Source: Marsupella aquatica (lineage: Eukaryota > Plantae > Marchantiophyta). From it: a stretch of 64,000 bases of DNA. The first letter of the stretch is position 1; each line of letters begins with the position of its first letter. The stretch is from NCBI GenBank assembly GCA_973895155.1, contig OZ316893.1:28220210-28284209 (forward strand). Reading direction: 5' to 3'. Positions 12,801 to 24,434 of this stretch are shown here, in pieces. The notes beneath the pieces were generated by a model. That model searched no databases, was not told the origin of the DNA, and saw nothing but the letters and a program-made list of their open reading frames with translations. A program made the translations under genes and the position numbers.

Positions 12801-14554
12801 CAGGAGAAGGATGCCCAGCTCGACCAGACTTATGCCAAGATGAATAACATGGAGTCTGAGGTCGTACCAGAGCTCGACAAGGAGCTAAGAGCAACCTAGG
12901 AGGAGTGGGCTACCACCAAGAAAGAATTGGAGGAAGCCCACAGGGAATTGGAGGAAGCCAAAAACAAACTGGAGGAGGCACGTAAGGACCTGGATGAGAC
13001 CCAGGAGGACTTGGAGGAAATCACGAGGAAGATGGAGAACCTACAGCGGCGGGCCGACAACCAAACTGAGCGGCTGAAGAAACAAGCCGCAGTATTTAAA
13101 TGCTTAGCTGCATCAGGTCCATCTCCCGTTGGGGCAAACCAGTTACCAGGGGTGGTAATTGCCGAAGGACCAGCCGTGACAGACGGCCCGGTGCCGGACG
13201 TTGGCGGCAAAGGGAAGGAACCGGCTATGGAGATAGTGAAGAAGAAGAAGCAGAAACCTTCGGGGTCCGGAGGTTATTCGACCCCTCAAGCCGTACTCAA
13301 ACCAGCACCAACCTCCGGCATGAACACGGCAATAGATTCCGCTATCACCAAAGGTGGGGTGGCGCGGCCCAAGCCGAACTACTCAGTAATGAGGCCGGTA
13401 TCCCAGATCCACCTCTTGAGCAGGCCGGGGAGACAGTAGCCGAAGCTGAGGCTGAAGCCGAGGCTGAGGCCATAGCCGAGAATGATTTCCGAGCTGATGC
13501 CAAAGCCGAGGGTGGGCCCAGTCAGGCCGATGAAAAGTTGACTTGGTTAGAGGCAGGTAATCTGTCAGAGGACGGACCAACGGCAGTGGTTGCGGAGGGA
13601 GCGTTGGGGACGTCCATTGAGGATCCACCACCGGTGTCGTGACGGTGCAAGGGCGCCGTTCCTTTTAGGAAGGGCGGACGTGGAGGTAGGAGGCGTGAGT
13701 GGGCAGGGCGGGCGCTGATCTCCAAGTTTAGGATCAGGACCAGGAGCGGCCCTGACACTTAGCTTAGTGGGATTGCGGTTCCACTGGTAGGAGCAACACT
13801 TGTGCTCCTGCCTTGCTGTACATAGGTAGATTCGGGCAGGTAGATTACTGTTAGGTAGATTAGGCTTACGCTGCAAAGAATTAGGCAGATCCACTACCAG
13901 GATAAGTACCTGGGCAGCGGGGAGCTTAGGGCCTCTTCTTTAGCAAGTTTTTAGTTTGCACCAGCCGGGCTGGGATCAAGTAGTAAGAGAAGCTCTCGGT
14001 TAGTCATACCATGACCTTGTGTATATTCATGTTTCCTCATGCCTAAGAGCTGAATAGAGTTGGCCTCACGGCTTAGTTCGCAGAGCTTGTGTATGAGATG
14101 TACTGTTTGTATGGCAAGTGCATGGTGTGACTCAGACAAAAGGAGTCATTTTGCTATTTGTGTGTCGCATTAACTTGTGTGAAGAGTGCCCACATCAACC
14201 AACAGAGGAAGGAAAGTAAGCAGGGGAGTGAGAGTTGGATGTGTCGAGCTGAGAGAGGTCTTAGCGGCTTAACCAAGCCTATTGGGGATCATTCCGGCGG
14301 CGGAATCCAAACATACCTAACCAAAAGGAGAGGAAGACAAGGGAAGGCCTAGATTAGGCCGGCTACGTATCTCATGACCCGATGAAGGATCTGTCCAGTA
14401 TATGTGTGTAAAAGGCTAATAGTAATAGTAGAAGGAGGTTAGCAGTGTCCCATGCCGCTAAGCCGCGGAAACGGCCTCGCCAAGCGCGAAACCCGCGGGA
14501 ATCGGCTTGTGAGGGGGGGTTTCTTGGGTTTAGGGAGCCATGGGACGCACCACA
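9863..14554 (+). mobile_element. Family-A unit, copy A2 (4692 bp): TG...CA-bounded, single ORF, no paired LTRs
   Basis: Ends TGTGATGC...GCACCACA; TSD ATTTC at 9858-9862 and 14555-14559; left and right ends are not direct repeats. Confidence 0.93.
9978..13642 (+). pseudogene. Family-A ORF (~1200 aa): unknown N-domain, accessory core, Pro/acidic linker, coiled coil, basic NLS-like tract
   Basis: ATG at 9978 (MEPEPRPEV) is in frame with ORFs 10146-12338, 12345-12899 and 12927-13439. A late frameshift leads to ...EDPPPVS. Collinear with the A3 ORF. Confidence 0.85.
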
Positions 14555-15537
14555 ATTTCTGAGTCTGCATAGCCGTAAAGCATGCATCCTCCTCCCGTGC
14601 AAAGTATAATTGCACTTCCTCGGGGAGAATCGCCGCCCAGCCTTTCCAGGTGTCATCTCTTGTTGGAATGGCATTGATGGGGTCGACCTCCTCCTCCTCG
14701 GCTTCTCTCTGCCTCCTGCTCTGCTGTTCTGCTGGCTTCTTTGGTGCCGTCGACCTTGTTCTTTTTGCCGGGGTGGCCTCTTTGTTGTTGTTCCCCTTCC
14801 TCTTCATCTCGGCTGCCGTGGATGTCTCTCCTAGCACGGTTGCCTTTGTCCACCCCTCCGTGCTACCCTTCAACTCCCAGTGTATGTCGTTGCAGCGTTT
14901 GATGGCTTCGCGGATGCCGATGACTCTGTCTTTGCAAAACAGCAGGTCGTCTAGCTCGTTGCCAGTAGGCATCCACAGGAATTCAGCCTTGATGAGTTCC
15001 CCTCCTAAGAAGGCAGCTTTCTGCAGCTCCCACAATCGGGTGAGCTCCTGCCATTCTCGAGCTGCTCTCTCTGATTCTTCGTCCTCGTAAGTCCCAATGT
15101 ACTCAGTTGTCCGTTCGAACAGGCATCCCCAAAAATGTGCCGCTTGATTGACGTTGCTCATACCCTTCTCGAGTTGATAGTCGGTATCTGTTCCCACCCT
15201 GAGCGCTTGCCTAAGCAGTTGACAATAGTTGGCCGCCCGTAGTCGCCTGCTCAGTTCGTGCTTGCAAATGAGCCACTATTCCTCGCGAGCGGTCCTTACC
15301 CCTCTCCTCCTCTGGTTCTCCCTCCCGTTGGTTACCCCTAGCCGCCGGCACTTAGCGTGCCCTAACCCTAATCGTGTTCTCTCCCCTGGCATCCTTACTT
15401 CCGGCCTCGGCTCGGGTTCCATAGTCACCCTTAATTGTTTATATTTTCCTTATTTATGTAACTATACTAAGGTGTTTCTAGGGTACACTTCCCTTTTCCC
15501 CTTAAACTAGCCCAGTGATTCCTGGCTAGGCATCACA

Positions 15538-15779
15538 ATGTTGCAGATCCTAGGGCATGGAAGGAGATTGATACAACCATTGATCCAACATTTGAAGCAA
15601 AGCCTCGCAATGTACACCTTGGATTGGCTCTGGATGGTGTGAAGCCCTTTGGGGAAAACAACCTCAAGCACTTACGTGGCCTGTTGTATTGTTGAATTAC
15701 AATCTGCCCCCTTGGTTGTCCACCAAGAAGTTCTTCATTATGTTATCTTTGCTGATCCCTGGGCTTGATTCAGTGACTG
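15538..15779 (+). pseudogene. CACTA TnpD (Transposase_21/TNP2-type) fragment 1
   Basis: Translates VADPRAWKEID..DPTFEAKPRNVHLGLALDGVKPF...WPVVLLNYNLPPWLSTKKFFIMLSLLIPG. Confidence 0.9.
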
Positions 15780-16632
15780 TGTCACGTCGTCAGCCTAGGC
15801 CTTAACTTGGGCTTCGGCTTAGACAGGTACATCCTTTGTCAATATGAGGGTTCAGGCAGGGAGGGAGGCACGAAATGCACCTAACTCACATAAACTAGCG
15901 CTAAGTGCGCCTATTGTCATATACGGACACCTCTTAGGTATGGTTTGTGTTCCGCCGCCAGAACGTACCTCAGTCGATAGCAGGATTGACGCCGGCTTAC
16001 GGGCTTCTAAGCCTTCATGTTGTCCGCCTTCGATCCGGATTCGATGGTATGGGTACTCAACCCGGGCTTGCAACCACGTACCCGCAAGCTGCACCCCGTG
16101 CACGACTTGGGTAGTGCGTTCGGCCAAGCGTTGGCACCTATACACAAGATTCACACATACACATACACACAAGCATACAATCTTGATTTACACGAAGGAA
16201 TAATGGGAAAGGATTTTACTACATAGGAGACATATGCGTACACTTAGGTGTTGACCCGAAAGCTCTGGAATGAATGTGACGCCGCTGGTACGGCGGTTAA
16301 TGAGTGATTCAGTGTAACTGCGCTCGGCACGCGCGTTAGGTGGGTCTTAGGCCGCTATTATTAGCATAACAACAGTATTTAGGTAATCATTAGGGGTAGG
16401 ACATCATTAGGCAATAAGGGGGACTTCAGGTTCGGGCTGGCGGCGGGTCGCTATTCGCACATCCGGATTACGAGCATGGAGGGGCCCCTCCCTCGGGTCC
16501 GTATAACGAACTTAAGGAAGCGGCCACTGACGCACGCTGACTCAGACCGGCGGAGTGGCCGGTACACCACAAGCGTGAGCGGTTCAACCTATGGGCGTCG
16601 AGGAGACGTCGGGGATCGACAAGCCCTCAAAG

Positions 16633-16639
16633 TATAAAA
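16633..16639 (+). promoter_or_regulatory. TATA box upstream of the family-B ORF
   Basis: GTATAAAAGG is kept in all four B copies (also 23372-23378 -, 58108-58114 -, 59368-59374 +). It lies ~100 nt before the ATG and is followed by a CT-rich leader. Confidence 0.65.
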
Positions 16640-16740
16640 GGGGAGCCAACCCTTTGTAGTGCACCAGTCCATCAGTCCGCGCGCCAGCTTCGACCCCAGC
16701 TCTCTCGTTCTCTCTAGGTCGCCACTACTATCTCCTCTGA

Positions 16741-19401
16741 ATGTCGCACACGATCCTCTCCAGCTTGGCCATTCGATTCTGGACGCAGTTCCTATCTACC
16801 GGAAGGCACTTGGCCGATTCATTGAAACACGCCAACCCACGCCAATACGAGATCGAACGCGAATACAAGAGAGCCATCCGCCTAGCAGGACGACACCACT
16901 ACGTCCTTAACTTTGACTACCCGTCTCAGAGCGAGCTTTAGCGACCAGCTGAGGTATCTGGGTACTTCTTCAACGGAGACAAATATATCGGGTTCTGGGA
17001 AGCATTGTTTTGGCTTCCGGACGAGGTCTTCAAAATCCCGGGTACAATCAACCTGCAGCGACATCACTTCGACCACATCCCTGCCCAGGTTCGGGCTGTC
17101 ATTAACGGCGAGTCCAGTACCAACCGTTCGACAGGGGCGTCCGCACTCGCTTCGGAGAACTTCTACCAGCACCTGCAGAGCTTCATGGGAACTCGACCAT
17201 CAACCAACGTGACCAACTCAGCCGGACCCGTACCCGTACCCGTACCCGTGCCCATGCAACCCCAGCCTCAACCTCAGCTTCAGCTTCAGCCTCAGCCTCA
17301 GCCGCAGCCTAGCCAAACCCCACCACCTATCACCCAGCCAGCACAGGTACGCTCTGTCATCAACGCTGTGGATCTTAGCGATGACGACGAGGCTACCCCA
17401 CCCTTGACCAGGCGGCCCAGAGGAACAAGCGCTCGGGGGGCCGACACTATATCGTCCCCACCCCCTGCTCTGACCCCAGGAGCGGCCCCAGCAGACAACA
17501 TAGTGACCATGGCCGCCCCGGGCCCGTTACCAACCGCAGTGGCACTCCCTAGGCCCGATTAGGAGGATGGGGAAGTATCACCTTCCCCGAGTCAGTCACG
17601 GGGAAAGAAGAGGAAGGAATCCGCCACTGCATCCGGGTTACCGTTGGCCACGGTAGCCGTAGCCAAGGTGACGATGCATCGCATGGGGGAAAACGTTCAT
17701 AGCAACATCCTCCATCCCAAGCATGCGGTGTGCCTGAAGACTCAGGGATTTGAGCACCTCGCCTCTCTCCCCTGGAACACTTGCAGGTACTACGGGGAGG
17801 ACATGACAGAATTCGTCAAGAATTATGACGACGTACGTCAACAGACTCGGCTGCGGGGAAGGAATATGTCCCTCACAGAGGAACGGCTCAAGATGATCTT
17901 CGGGTTACCCGAAGGTGACCATCGAGTCGAATCACGGGCTCCCAGAGGCAAGGGGGCCAAGTACCAATCTTCAAGTTTTCCCTCAGAGGGATCAGTAGAC
18001 AACGGGTTCGTGATGAGGACCTGCCTCATGCCCGAGATAGCTGAGCGGCTGGAGTTCCAGAGGTACGCTCTCCACATGATGGAACCCCGGGGGGAGATCT
18101 CCGCCGCCCAGGTTATCCAGGTCGAGAACTATCGACCTAGGAAATGGGCGTCGTACTTCGCTAAGAAATTCCATGAAGAGATGGAGCGGCGAAGGAAGAC
18201 GCTATACATTGGCGGGAAGGCGTATTTCGCTAGCCACATCGAAATCATTCTTGAGTGGTACGCCCGGTTTGATCGACGAACCCTTCCCCGCATCAACGTT
18301 ACAAAGCTAGTCCCAGCTAGGTGGGTTTTTCCGGCATTGGAGAGACGGCCCCGACCCGAGGCCCGAAGTCCAGTGGACACGCCAGCTTCACCCACCCCAC
18401 CTCCACAAATAGCTGTAATCGTAACCGAGGAGGCGCCGGAGGGGTCGGTCGTCGCAACCGTTGATGCGACCCAACTAGCCGGGCTAAGTACAGAAGTTGG
18501 TACGGCAGAGGTCTTACCCGAACCCGGGTCTCCCAAGGACCCGCCGGTGGCAATTCCGGAGAACCGGACATCGCTGCAAGAGGACACTCCAGCCCCTTCC
18601 AACGTTATGTCCCCAGGGCTGGACGTCACTGCCCCGGCCCCTGCGCGTGTTGATGTTTGCCCGTGCCCAAATCTGGACAGGCACAACTTGGACCACCCGG
18701 AACTCTTCGTACAGGGTACGTTTCTGAACGGGCTTCTGGGAGATTTCTCTCATCAAATTGCCCGGGATACCGGGGAGTTCATGGCCCGGAAGGTAGCCTG
18801 TTTCTTCAATCAGGAGTTGGTTGCCGCCGTAAAGGCAGGTCGGGCCCAGTCGGAGGCCCTTCAAAGGATAGAGCGGTACCGGGTGGAGTCCGTGTACCTA
18901 AAGAACAAAGTGGCGGCTCAAGAGGCTGAGCTTCTGCAACTACGACCCAAGGTTGCAGCCGCCGATGAGTTGTTAGCAAAGGCGTACGCTCTTACCGCCC
19001 TAGCCGAACAGGCCAAAGCTAGGAACGAGGCCGAGATTACACGACTCCGGAACCAGATTGACAGTTTGAAGAAACAAGCTATCACCTGGCAGAAAGACCT
19101 GGAGGAGGCCGAGGAGCGAGCCCAGCGGGACGCGATGGAGATAGCCACGCTGCAGGCCGAGATGGCGTGGCTCCAAACCGAGGCCGAGAAGCAGGACCAG
19201 CTGGCGGGTAAACTGACGAGCGATGCCCAGCAGCTGGAGGAGGCATGTCAGGAGGCAGCAGAGGAGACGGACGTGGCGAGGCGAGAGAACGAATCTCTGC
19301 TGGACCAGGTCCAGCTCCTCAAAGCGGACAATGACAGGCTTCGAAGGCAGCGGGATGGCCGTTCCCATTCGGGCGGCTCTGGCAAGCGTGCCAGGCATTA
19401 G
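16741..19401 (+). pseudogene. Family-B ORF (886 aa): unknown N-domain, PV/QP repeats, accessory core, coiled coil, C-terminal GKRARH
   Basis: ORFs 16741-16941, 17005-17562 and 17644-19401 are in one frame, split by two TAG stops that are sense codons in B3. Confidence 0.88.
17226..17311 (+). repeat. Coding hexamer repeats (GTACCC)n and (CAGCCT)n
   Basis: Encode PVPVPVP and QPQPQP; the QP tract is shorter in B3 (about 57460-57520). Confidence 0.8.
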
Positions 19402-20702
19402 CGGCGGAGTAGGAATAGATTAGGATTAGGATTGGCTTAGTCAGGCTCTTGGGACAGGCACCTGCCTTAGGTACAGCAGCGCTGCCCTGCTGTCCAGCCT
19501 GCGTAGATTAGGATCTTCTAATAAGACACAGCCGTTTTCCGGCCTGACTGTCAACTTAGTTAGGACCTTAGTCAGCGAATCTTTGGCGAGAGGACACCCC
19601 GTCCCTCGGCTCTTAGTATTTAGTGCACCCCTCGGTAGAGGCAGGGGGGGTTTTTAGTTTCAGAGTCGGACATCCGCGGGACATGCGGGGAGTCCCGACC
19701 TCTGGGAATGACAGAGTACCAAGGGGAGGGGGTAGGACTAAGCTCGCCGGGCGAGTGCGGAGCCGGGCTCCGTTGTAGTGTGCACCCTCGGCCTTGAACC
19801 TGTGCATTCCAGGGCTGTCGTGTCAACTAAGTGTACGCATATGTTCCCTTTGTAGTAAAATCCTTTCCCATCATTTTCCTTCGTGTAAATCGAGATTGTA
19901 TGCATGTGTGCGCATATGTGTGTGGGTTTCTCGTATATGGGTGGCAGCGCCAGGCCGAACGCACTACCCGAGACGTGCATAGGGTGCAGCCTGCGGGTAA
20001 GTGGTTGCGAGCACGGGTTGAGGACCTGTATCATCGAATCCGGATCGAAGGCGGACAGCACGAAGGCTTAGAAGCCCTTAAGCCGGGATCGATCCTGCTA
20101 TCGACTAAGGTACGTTCCGGCGGCGGAACACAAACCATACCTAGGAGGTGTCCGTATTTAGCAGTATGCGCACTTAGCGCTAGTTTACGAGAATAAGGTG
20201 CATTACGTGCTTCCCTTCCTGCCCGAACCCTCAGATTTACGAGGGATGTGCCCGTCTAAGCTGAAGTCTGAGTTAAGGCCGAAGCCTACGACGTGACAAT
20301 GAACAGGTCCGAGGCCGAGGGTGTACACTACAATGGAGCCCGGCTCCGCACTCGCCCAACGAGCTTAGTCCTACACCCTCCCCTTGGTACTCTTTCACTC
20401 CCAGAGGTCGGGACTCCCCGCACATACTGCGGATTCCAACACTGAGACTAAAAATCCCCCCTGCCTCTACCGAGGGGTGCACTAAATACTAAGGGCTGAG
20501 GAACGGAGTGCCCTCGCGCCCAAAGATTCGCTAACTAAGGTCCTAACTAAGTTACCTGTCAGGCCGGAAAATTGCTTGTCTTATTAGAACATCCTAATCT
20601 ACGCAGGTTGTACAGCATGGCAGTGTTGCTTTAACTAGGGTAGGTGCTTGTCCCTATAGCCTAATTTAGCTACTCCTACTCTATTTTAATCGTACTCTGC
20701 CG

Positions 20703-23273
20703 CTAATGCCTGGCACGCTTGCCAGAGCCGCCTGAGTGGGAGCGGCTATCCCGCTGCCTTCCGAGCCTGTTGGCGTCCTGCTTGAGTAGCTATACTTGGT
20801 CCAGTAGAGATTTGTTCTCCCACTTCACCATGTCTGCCTCTTTCGCGGCCTCCTAGCATGCCTCCTCCCGTTGCTGGATGTCGCTCGTCAGCTTATCCAC
20901 CAACTGGGCCTGTTCTGTGACTTCTCCTTGAAGCCGCGCCACCTCTGCCTTTAGGGTGTCAATCTCGGCTGTGTCCCATTGAGACCTGGAGTCAGCTTCC
21001 TCTAGATCCTTTTGCCAACTGACGGCTTGCCCCTTCAAACCGTCAATCTTGGTCCAGAGCCGCACGATCTCGGCGTACTTTCCGAGCCCAAGATGTACTG
21101 CTAACGTTGCTTGGGCCCTAGCCTCGGCAACCTGGTCCTCCGTGGCCGTTACCTGAGGCCGTAGTTGCTGGAGTTCAGCCTCCAGGGTTGCCACTTCGTC
21201 CTTCAGGTAGGTAGACTCAACCCGATATCGCTCTATTCTCTGCGTTGTCTCTGCATGCGCATGTCCTGCCCTTACAGCCGCAACCAACTCCTGGTTGAAG
21301 AAGTAGGCCACCCTCCGAGCCATGTATTCCCCGGTGTCCCGAGAGATCTGTTGCAAGAAATCTCCCAACAACCCGTTCAGAAATGTGCCCAGCACAAAGA
21401 GTTCCAGATGGTCTAGACAGTGCGGGAGTGAGAGTGGACATATCCAGCCCTTGAGGTAAGTCGGTCGAAGGGGCTGGTTCCACTAGAGGCAAGCGGTTCT
21501 CCTGCACGACCGCGGGGGGTGGCAGAATCCCCTCGGCTACCGTGGCATCTGCTTCGGGTATGGCTTCATCTGGCCCGGCTTCGATTACATTGTCCCGATT
21601 GATCGCGTCTAAGGTTGCGATAACGTCAATGGGTATGCCTGGCGGGGCGGCAGCGGCGGGTTGCGAGGTCGGGTAGCAGGGCTTGCAGCTGCCAGACTTT
21701 GGGCCTCGGGCTGCGGTCGCCTCACCTGGGCTGGGAACACCTATTTTGGCGGGGTCAGCTTGGGCTCGTTGAGACGCAGGAGGCTCTAGTGGTCGAAACG
21801 AGCATACCACTCGATGATGATTTTGATGTGGCTAGCGAAGTACGCCCTTCCGCCAAGATACAAAGTCTTCCTTCTCCGCTCCATCTCCTTGTGGAACTTC
21901 TTGACAAAGAAGGACGCCCACTTCCTGGGCCGATAGTTCTCCACTTGGATGACCTGAGCGGCCGATATTTCTCCTCTGGATTCCATCATGTGGAGGGCAT
22001 ACCGTTGGAACTCTAGGTGTTCTTCTACCTCTGGGATGAGGCATGTCCTTATTAAGAACCCATTGTCCACTACCCCCTCGGCCGGGAAGCTAGATGACTG
22101 GTATTTAGCTCCCTTGCCCCCAGGAGCCCGTGATTCTACCTGGTTTATCCCCTCGGGTAAGCCGAAAATCATCTTCAGATGTGCCTCATTGAGACACATC
22201 ACTCTCCCGTGCGCTCGGGTTTGTTGACGGGCCTCGTCAAAGTTCTGAATGAACTCCGTCATATCCTGCCCATAGTACCTACTTCCGTTCCAAGGGAGAG
22301 AGGCGAGGCGCTCAAACCCTTGGGTCTTCAGATAGCATGCATGCTTGGGGTGGAGGATGTTCTTGTGAACGTTGTCTGCCATGCGATGCATGGTCAGCTT
22401 GACTACCGCAACCGTGGCCAAAGGCAACTCGGATACGGCTGCGGGCTCCTTCCTCTTCCTACCCCGAGACTGATTCCCGGGGTGACTAGAAGAGGGGGAC
22501 ATCTCTCCATCCTCTCGGTCAGGTGGTGGTAGCGCGATTGCCGTGAGTATTGGTGCCGAGGCTGCTAGAGTTAACGTGTTATCCCCTTGGGCTTGCTGGA
22601 GTGGTGCTGGGTTGTTCGGTGCTTGTTGAGTTGTACCCCGCGGCCGTCGATTCAGAGGAGGGTGAGCCTCCTCGTCTTTGGAGCGAATATTCACCGCATT
22701 TACCACAGATCATACTTGGAGAGGTGGTGGGACCGGTGGCGGGGACCGGCTTGACTGAGGCCGAGGAGGTGTAGGTGCGGGTACGGGCACGGGTTGGTCG
22801 GCACTGGTCACTGATGGTAGAGTTGCCATGAAGTTCTGCAGGTGTCGGTGGAGGTTTTCCGAAGCAAGTGAAGATGGCCCTGTCGACCGGGCAGTGTTGA
22901 ACTTGCTATTGATGATAGCCCGGACCCGAGCGAGGATGTGGTCGAAGTGGTGCCGCTACAAGTCGACCGTGCCCGGGATTTTGAAGACCTCGTCCGGAAG
23001 CCAAAGCAATGCTTCCCAGAAGCCAATGTATTTGCCTCCGTCGAAGAAGTACCCTGATACTTCTTTGGGTCGGTAAAGCTTGCTCTGGGACGGGTAATCA
23101 AAGTTAAGGAGATAGTGGTGTCGTCCTGCTAGGCGGATGGCTCTCTCATATTCGCATTCGATCTTGTATCAGCGCGGGTTGGCGTGTTTCAATGAGTCAG
23201 CCAGGTGCCCTCTGATAGACAGGAACTGAGTCCAAAATTGTATAGCCAAACTAGAAAGGATCGTGTGCAACAT
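20703..23273 (-). pseudogene. Family-B ORF in B1, degenerate
   Basis: Fragments 21786-22706, 21217-21810 and 20853-21395 align with the B2 protein; several stops and frameshifts. Confidence 0.85.
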
Positions 23274-23746
23274 TCAAAGGAGATAGCAGGTGACTAAGGA
23301 AAAGCGAGAGAGTCGGGGTCGAAGCTGGCGCATGGACTGAAGAACTGGTGCACTGCAAAGGATCGGCCCCCTTTTATACCCTGAGAGCTCGTCGATCGCC
23401 CGACGCCTCCTCATCACTTATAGGCCGAGCCTTTCACGCTCGCAGTGTACCGGCCCCTTCTCCGGTCCGGGTCAGCTCGTGTCAGTGGCCGCCTCTCGGA
23501 GTTCGTTATACGGACCCGAGGGAGGGGGAAAGGGGGCCCATTACACGCTCGCAACTCGGGCGTGCAAATGGCGACCCGCCGCCAGCCCAAACATGAATTC
23601 CCCTTATTGACTAATGATTTCCTACTCATAATGGCTACCTAAATACTATTGTTATGCTAATAATAATGGCCTAAGATACCCCTAACGCACGTGCTAAGCA
23701 CGATTAGACCGAATCACTCATTATGTGCCATACCAATGGCGTCACA

Positions 23747-24090
23747 GACTGACCACAACATTGACATTTACATGGCTCCATTGCTGGAGGAGCTTTTGGA
23801 GCTCTGGGAGGAGTTCCATGGTTTGATGTACTTGACAGGCCTGGCCTGAATAAGTGGTTCAATCTACGGGCCATTCTATCATGGACAGTGAACGACTATC
23901 CAGCTTTGGGTCTCATATTGGGTCAAGTCACAAAAGGATATCATCGATGCATTGTGTGTGGTCCCAATGTGAGCTGCAGCAGGTCTGCTACTCTATCCAA
24001 GAATGTATTTCTGGGGAGTCAAAGGTGGTTGGAGGAGAACCATAAATACCGCTCCCAAAGTTATGCAGCAAAATTTGATGGGGAGTGCAA
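23747..24090 (+). pseudogene. CACTA TnpD fragment 2
   Basis: NIDIYMAPLLEELLELW...LRAILSWTVNDYPALG..GQVTKGYHRCIVC...FLGSQRWLEENHKYR. Confidence 0.9.
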
Positions 24091-24434
24091 TAAAAAAGGG
24101 TTGTCATTCAATTCACTGCTGTTTACATACAACAACAGTTCTAAACAGTCCACTTTGGAATGCTTCATTTAGTTCATATACTTCATTAGTGTGTTTTTCC
24201 TTGGAATGGTTTTTTTTATAAATTTTAATACCGTGAAAGACCCCACGGATAGGGGGAACAACAGCCCTTAATACAGGGACAGCAACAGCACACTAGCGAG
24301 CCACAAAGAGAGCCCAAAAGCACAAAAGAGAGCATCAAAGCCCCAGGGAGAGCCCCCCCTCAAAGAAGGGAAATAACACCGATCAAGAGAGCACCCATGC
24401 CCTTCCCACAGCAGCCCCCCAAAAAGCAGACCCC

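Larger units (their letters stand above)
8904..15537 (-). mobile_element. Family-A unit, copy A1 (split by A2; the rest lies beyond Gypsy-1, outside the window)
   Basis: Terminus ...CTAGGCATCACA at 15537 is the reverse complement of the A2 start. Its ORF starts at 15422 (-) and runs through 14555, then 9862-8904, continuing across the ATTTC duplication. Confidence 0.88.
16275..20298 (+). mobile_element. Family-B unit, copy B2 (4024 bp): TG...CA-bounded, single ORF, no paired LTRs
   Basis: Ends TGTGACGC...ACGTGACA; TSD ATGAA at 16270-16274 and 20299-20303. Confidence 0.94.
15780..23746 (-). mobile_element. Family-B unit, copy B1 (~3.94 kb after removing nested B2)
   Basis: Ends TGTCACGT...GCGTCACA; TSD GACTG at 15775-15779 and 23747-23751; TnpD reads SVT|DHNIDIY across it. 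Confidence 0.93.

Noticed and set aside
12345-13100. Coiled-coil ORFs as host myosin/SMC/tropomyosin-like genes
   Set aside because: They are in-frame parts of the repeated TE-borne ORF, bounded by TE termini.
9863-14554. A/B units as Ginger-like or other TIR DNA transposons
   Set aside because: Inverted ends are only ~8 bp and imperfect, and I see no DDE or integrase motifs in the ORF. Not fully excluded without a structure search.
15844-16226. Short ORFs recurring in B trailers and the many antisense ORFs in the track
   Set aside because: They recur only because the DNA is repeated; starts, stops and frames vary between copies and no motifs are recognisable.
19635-19736. Internal purine tracts in the B trailer as a PPT preceding a small LTR
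   Set aside because: The downstream sequence has no direct-repeat partner at the other end of the unit.
19402-20298. Hammerhead ribozyme (retrozyme) or Cassandra-type 5S domain in the GC-rich trailers
   Set aside because: No CTGATGA...GAAA core in a valid stem context and no 5S-like sequence found by eye.
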